Of a stretch of DNA of 64,000 bases, positions 60,360 through 64,000 are shown in pieces. Source of the stretch: Pristiophorus japonicus (lineage: Eukaryota); NCBI RefSeq assembly GCF_044704955.1, contig NC_092006.1, positions 5,518,001 to 5,582,000 on the forward strand, in the 5' to 3' direction. The position numbers were made by a program, and so were the translations under genes. Within the stretch, counting starts at the first letter, position 1. Each line of letters begins with the position of its first letter. Below the pieces are notes generated by a model, which searched no databases, had not been told where the DNA came from, and saw only the letters and a program-made list of their open reading frames with translations.

Positions 60360-61629
60360 NNNNNNNNNNNNNNNNNNNNNNNNNNNNNNNNNNNNNNNNN
60401 NNNNNNNNNNNNNNNNNNNNNNNNNNNNNNNNNNNNNNNNNNNNNNNNNNNNNNNNNNNNNNNNNNNNNNNNNNNNNNNNNNNNNNNNNNNNNNNNNNNN
60501 NNNNNNNNNNTCATCCTNNNNNNNNNNNNNNNNNNNNNNNNNNNNNNNNNNNNNNNNNNNNNNNNNNNNNNNNNNNNNNNNNNNNNNNNNNNNNNNNNNN
60601 NNNNNNNNNNNNNNNNNNNNNNNNNNNNNNNNNNNNNNNNNNNNNNNNNNNNNNNNNNNNNNNNNNNNNNNNNNNNNNNNNNNNNNNNNNNNNNNNNNNN
60701 NNNNNNNNNNNNNNNNNNNNNNNNNNNNNNNNNNNNNNNNNNNNNNNNNNNNNNNNNNNNNNNNNNNNNNNNNNNNNNNNNNNNNNNNNNNNNNNNNNNN
60801 NNNNNNNNNNNNNNNNNNNNNNNNNNNNNNNNNNNNNNNNNNNNNNNNNNNNNNNNNNNNNNNNNNNNNNNNNNNNNNNNNNNNNNNNNNNNNNNNNNNN
60901 NNNNNNNNNNNNNNNNNNNNNNNNNNNNNNNNNNNNNNNNNNNNNNNNNNNNNNNNNNNNNNNNNNNNNNNNNNNNNNNNNNNNNNNNNNNNNNNNNNNN
61001 NNNNNNNNNNNNNNNNNNNNNNNNNNNNNNNNNNNNNNNNNNNNNNNNNNNNNNNNNNNNNNNNNNNNNNNNNNNNNNNNNNNNNNNNNNNNNNNNNNNN
61101 NNNNNNNNNNNNNNNNNNNNNNNNNNNNNNNNNNNNNNNNNNNNNNNNNNNNNNTATCTATCTCTGTCGCTATTTCAATTCTTATCTCCATCTTTATCTC
61201 TATCTTTACATCAATCTTTAGCTCAATCGCTATCTCTAGACCATATCTCTATCTTTCTCCATCTCTATATCCCTCTATTTTCATTATCTCTATCTTTATA
61301 TCTAACCACGAACAGTTTCCAGTGACCCAATTTCTGTGAAACTTCAAACCAGGGTGAGATCTCCACAATACAAGCTGATTAAAATTAAAATAGCTCTCTT
61401 GAGCAAACGGAGTGGAATTATAGTTTTAAAACAGGGGCATTAAAGAAAACGGGTGTAATTGGGCCTGTACCCATGTCAGTTGTCCCACATTATCGATCAG
61501 GTTGGAGCATTTCCGAGCATTAACTCACTTCTGCTCAGAAAATCTGTCGACTTATTTCAAACCTTCAGTGAGCAAAGTTACACAACATTCCTTGGGAAGA
61601 GAGTGATACTTATAACTTTCCTTAAAAAA

Positions 61630-64000
61630 TGTCAGCTGTGGCCAAGTAGATAGCGGGTTGTGGGTTCCAGTCCTACTGCAGAGACTTGAGCCCAAAATCT
61701 AGGCTGACACTCCCAGCTGACACTGAGGGAGCACCGCACTGTCAGAGGGGCGGTGCTGAGGGAGCGCCGTACTGCACTGTTGGAGGGGCAGTGCTGAGGG
61801 AGCGCTGTACTGCACTGTCGGAGGGGCAGTACTGAGGGAGCCCCGCACTGTCGGAGGGGCAGTACTGAGGGAGCCACGCACTGTCGGAGGGGCAGTACTG
61901 AGGGAGCGCTGCACTGTCGGTGGGGCAGTACTGAGGAAGCGCCGTACTGCACTGTTGGAGGGGCAGTACCGAGGGAGCGCCGCACTGTCGGAGGGGCAGT
62001 ACTGAGGGAGCGCTGCACTGTCGGAGGGGCAGTACTGAGGGAGCGCCGTACTGCACTGTCGGAGGGGCAGTACTGAGGGCGCCCCGCACTGTCGGAGGGG
62101 CAGTACTGAGGGATCGCCGCACTGTCGGAGGGGCAGTACTGAGGGAGCGCCGCACCGTCGGAGGGGCAGTACTGAAATTTAGCTATGAGGAAAGATTGGA
62201 TAGGCTGGGATTGTTTTCCTTGGAACAGAGGAGGCTGAGGGGAGATTTAATTGAGGTGTATAAAATGATGAGGGGCCTGGATAGAGTGGATAGGAAGGAG
62301 TATAATGTTGGAAAGTGTGAGGTCATGCACTTTGGCAGAAAAAAATCAAAGAGCAAGTTATTATTGAAATGGAGAAAGATTGCAAAGTGCTGCAGTACAG
62401 CGGGACCTGGGGGTACTTGTGCATGAAACACAAAAGGATAGTATGCAGGTACAGCAAGTGATCAGGAAGGCCAATGGTATCTTGGACTTTATTGCAAAGG
62501 AGATGGCGTATAAAAGCAGGGAAGCCTTGCTACAACTGTACAGGGTATTGGTGAGGCCACACCTGGAGTACTGTGTGCAGTTTTGGTTTCCATATTTACG
62601 AAAGGATATACTTGCTTTGGAGGCAGTTCAGAGAAGGTTCATGTGGTTGATTCCGGGGATGAGGGGGTTGACTTATGAGGAAAGGTTGAGTAGGTTGGGC
62701 CTCTACTCATTGGAATTCAGAAGAATGAGAGGTGATCTTATCGAAACGTATAAGATTATGAGGGGGCTTGACAAGGTGGATGCAGAGAGGATGTTTTCAC
62801 TGATGGGGGAGACTAGAACTAGGGGGCATAGTCTTAGAATAAAGGGCCACCCATTTAAAACTGAGATGAGGAGGAATTTCTTCTCTCTGAGGGTTGTAAA
62901 TCTGTGGAATTCGCTGCCTCAGAGAGCTGTGGAAGCTGGGACATTGAATATATTTAAGACAGAAATAGACAGTTTCTTAAAAGATAAGGGGATAAGGGAT
63001 TATGGAGAGCAGGCGGGGAAGTGGAGCTGAGTCCATGATCAGATCAGACATGATCGTATTAAATGGCAGAGCAGTCTCGAGGGGCCATATGGCCGACTCC
63101 TGCTCCTATTTCTGATGTTCTAATGAACTGTTTCCCTTGACAAAAGGGTCAATAACCAGGGGGCATAGATTGAAAGTAATTGGGGGGAGGTTTAGAGGGG
63201 ATTTGTGGGGAAATGTCTTCACCCAGAGGGTGGTGGGGGTCTGGGGTGGAACTCACTGCCTGAAAGGGTGGTAGAGGCAGAAACCCTCACCACATTTAAA
63301 CAGTACCTGGATGTACACTTGAAGTGCCGTAACCCACAGGGCTACGGACCGAGAGCGGGAAAGTGGGATTAGGCTGGGTGTCTCTTTGTCGGCCGGTGCA
63401 GACACGATGGGCCGAATGGCCTCCTTCCCTGCTGTAAATTTCAATGTTTTGAATATTCTATAAGCAGGTCGATGAGTGATCAGATAGAGGGGTTTAAGAT
63501 TATGAAAGGGGTCGATAGGGTAGATGTAGAGAAGATATTTCCACTAGTGGGGGAGACCAGAACCAGAGGCCGTCAATATCAGACAGTCACCAATAAATCC
63601 AACGGGAAATTCAGGAGAAACTTCTTTACCCAGAGAGCGGTGAGAATATGGAACTCGCTGCCACAGGGAGGGGTTGAGGCAAATAGTATCAATGTATTTA
63701 AGGGGAAGCTGGATAAACACATGGGGGAGAAGGGAATAGAGGGATATAGGGATGGGGTGAGATGGAGAGGGGAGGGAGGGGGCTGGTGTGGAGCATAAAC
63801 CCCGGCACGGAGCGGTGGGGCCAAATGGCACAGGCGGTGAAGAAGGCAAGTGGTATGTTGGCCTTCATAGCGAGGGGATTTGAGTATAGGAGCAGGGAGG
63901 TCTTACTGCAGTTGTACAGGGCCTTGGTGAGGCCTCATCTGGAATATTGTGTACAGTTTTGGTCTCCTAATCTGAGGAAGGACATTCTTGCTATTGAGGG
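61630..64000 (+). mobile_element. DeuSINE head with 33/38-bp array (61630-62175) followed by stacked CR1 3' fragments
   Basis: SINE head, tandem array, CR1 ORFs 62380-63030 and 63472-63798. Confidence 0.85.

Noticed and set aside
54030-61191. ORFs containing X runs and S/L/F- or K/E/R-rich peptides
   Set aside because: They span assembly gaps and GA-rich low-complexity DNA.

Overview
Eukaryotic, repeat-dense genomic DNA, most likely from a cartilaginous fish (inferred from CR1 LINEs and SacSINE1/DeuSINE-like SINEs). The main host gene, which the ORF track does not show as one unit, is a complete six-exon Ig-superfamily receptor on + (11303-18908, 299 aa). Its layout is leader, germline-joined VJ domain, C1 domain, TM with a juxtamembrane Cys, and a tail with a TxYxxL motif. 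A near-identical paralog lies head-to-head on - (leader 4276-4318; its V exon runs off the left edge) as part of a large inverted duplication. Remnant TM and tail exons of a possible third, disrupted receptor lie at 56.7-58.1 kb. A ~9 kb endogenous retrovirus on - (33680-46439, including a nested CR1) has near-identical LTRs, a tRNA-Ser PBS and class I (gamma/epsilon-like) gag-pol. It also has a CNPase-like 2H phosphoesterase inserted between protease and RT, a small TM ORF, and an atypical Env with a short SU and long TM. Other features are about 27 same-orientation CTCF-consensus motifs in tandem (49.3-51.7 kb), a Buster-type hAT element with a perfect TSD, many CR1/L2/RTE/Tx1 fragments, several retroposon-seeded minisatellites, and assembly gaps. 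All alignments and counts were made by eye.
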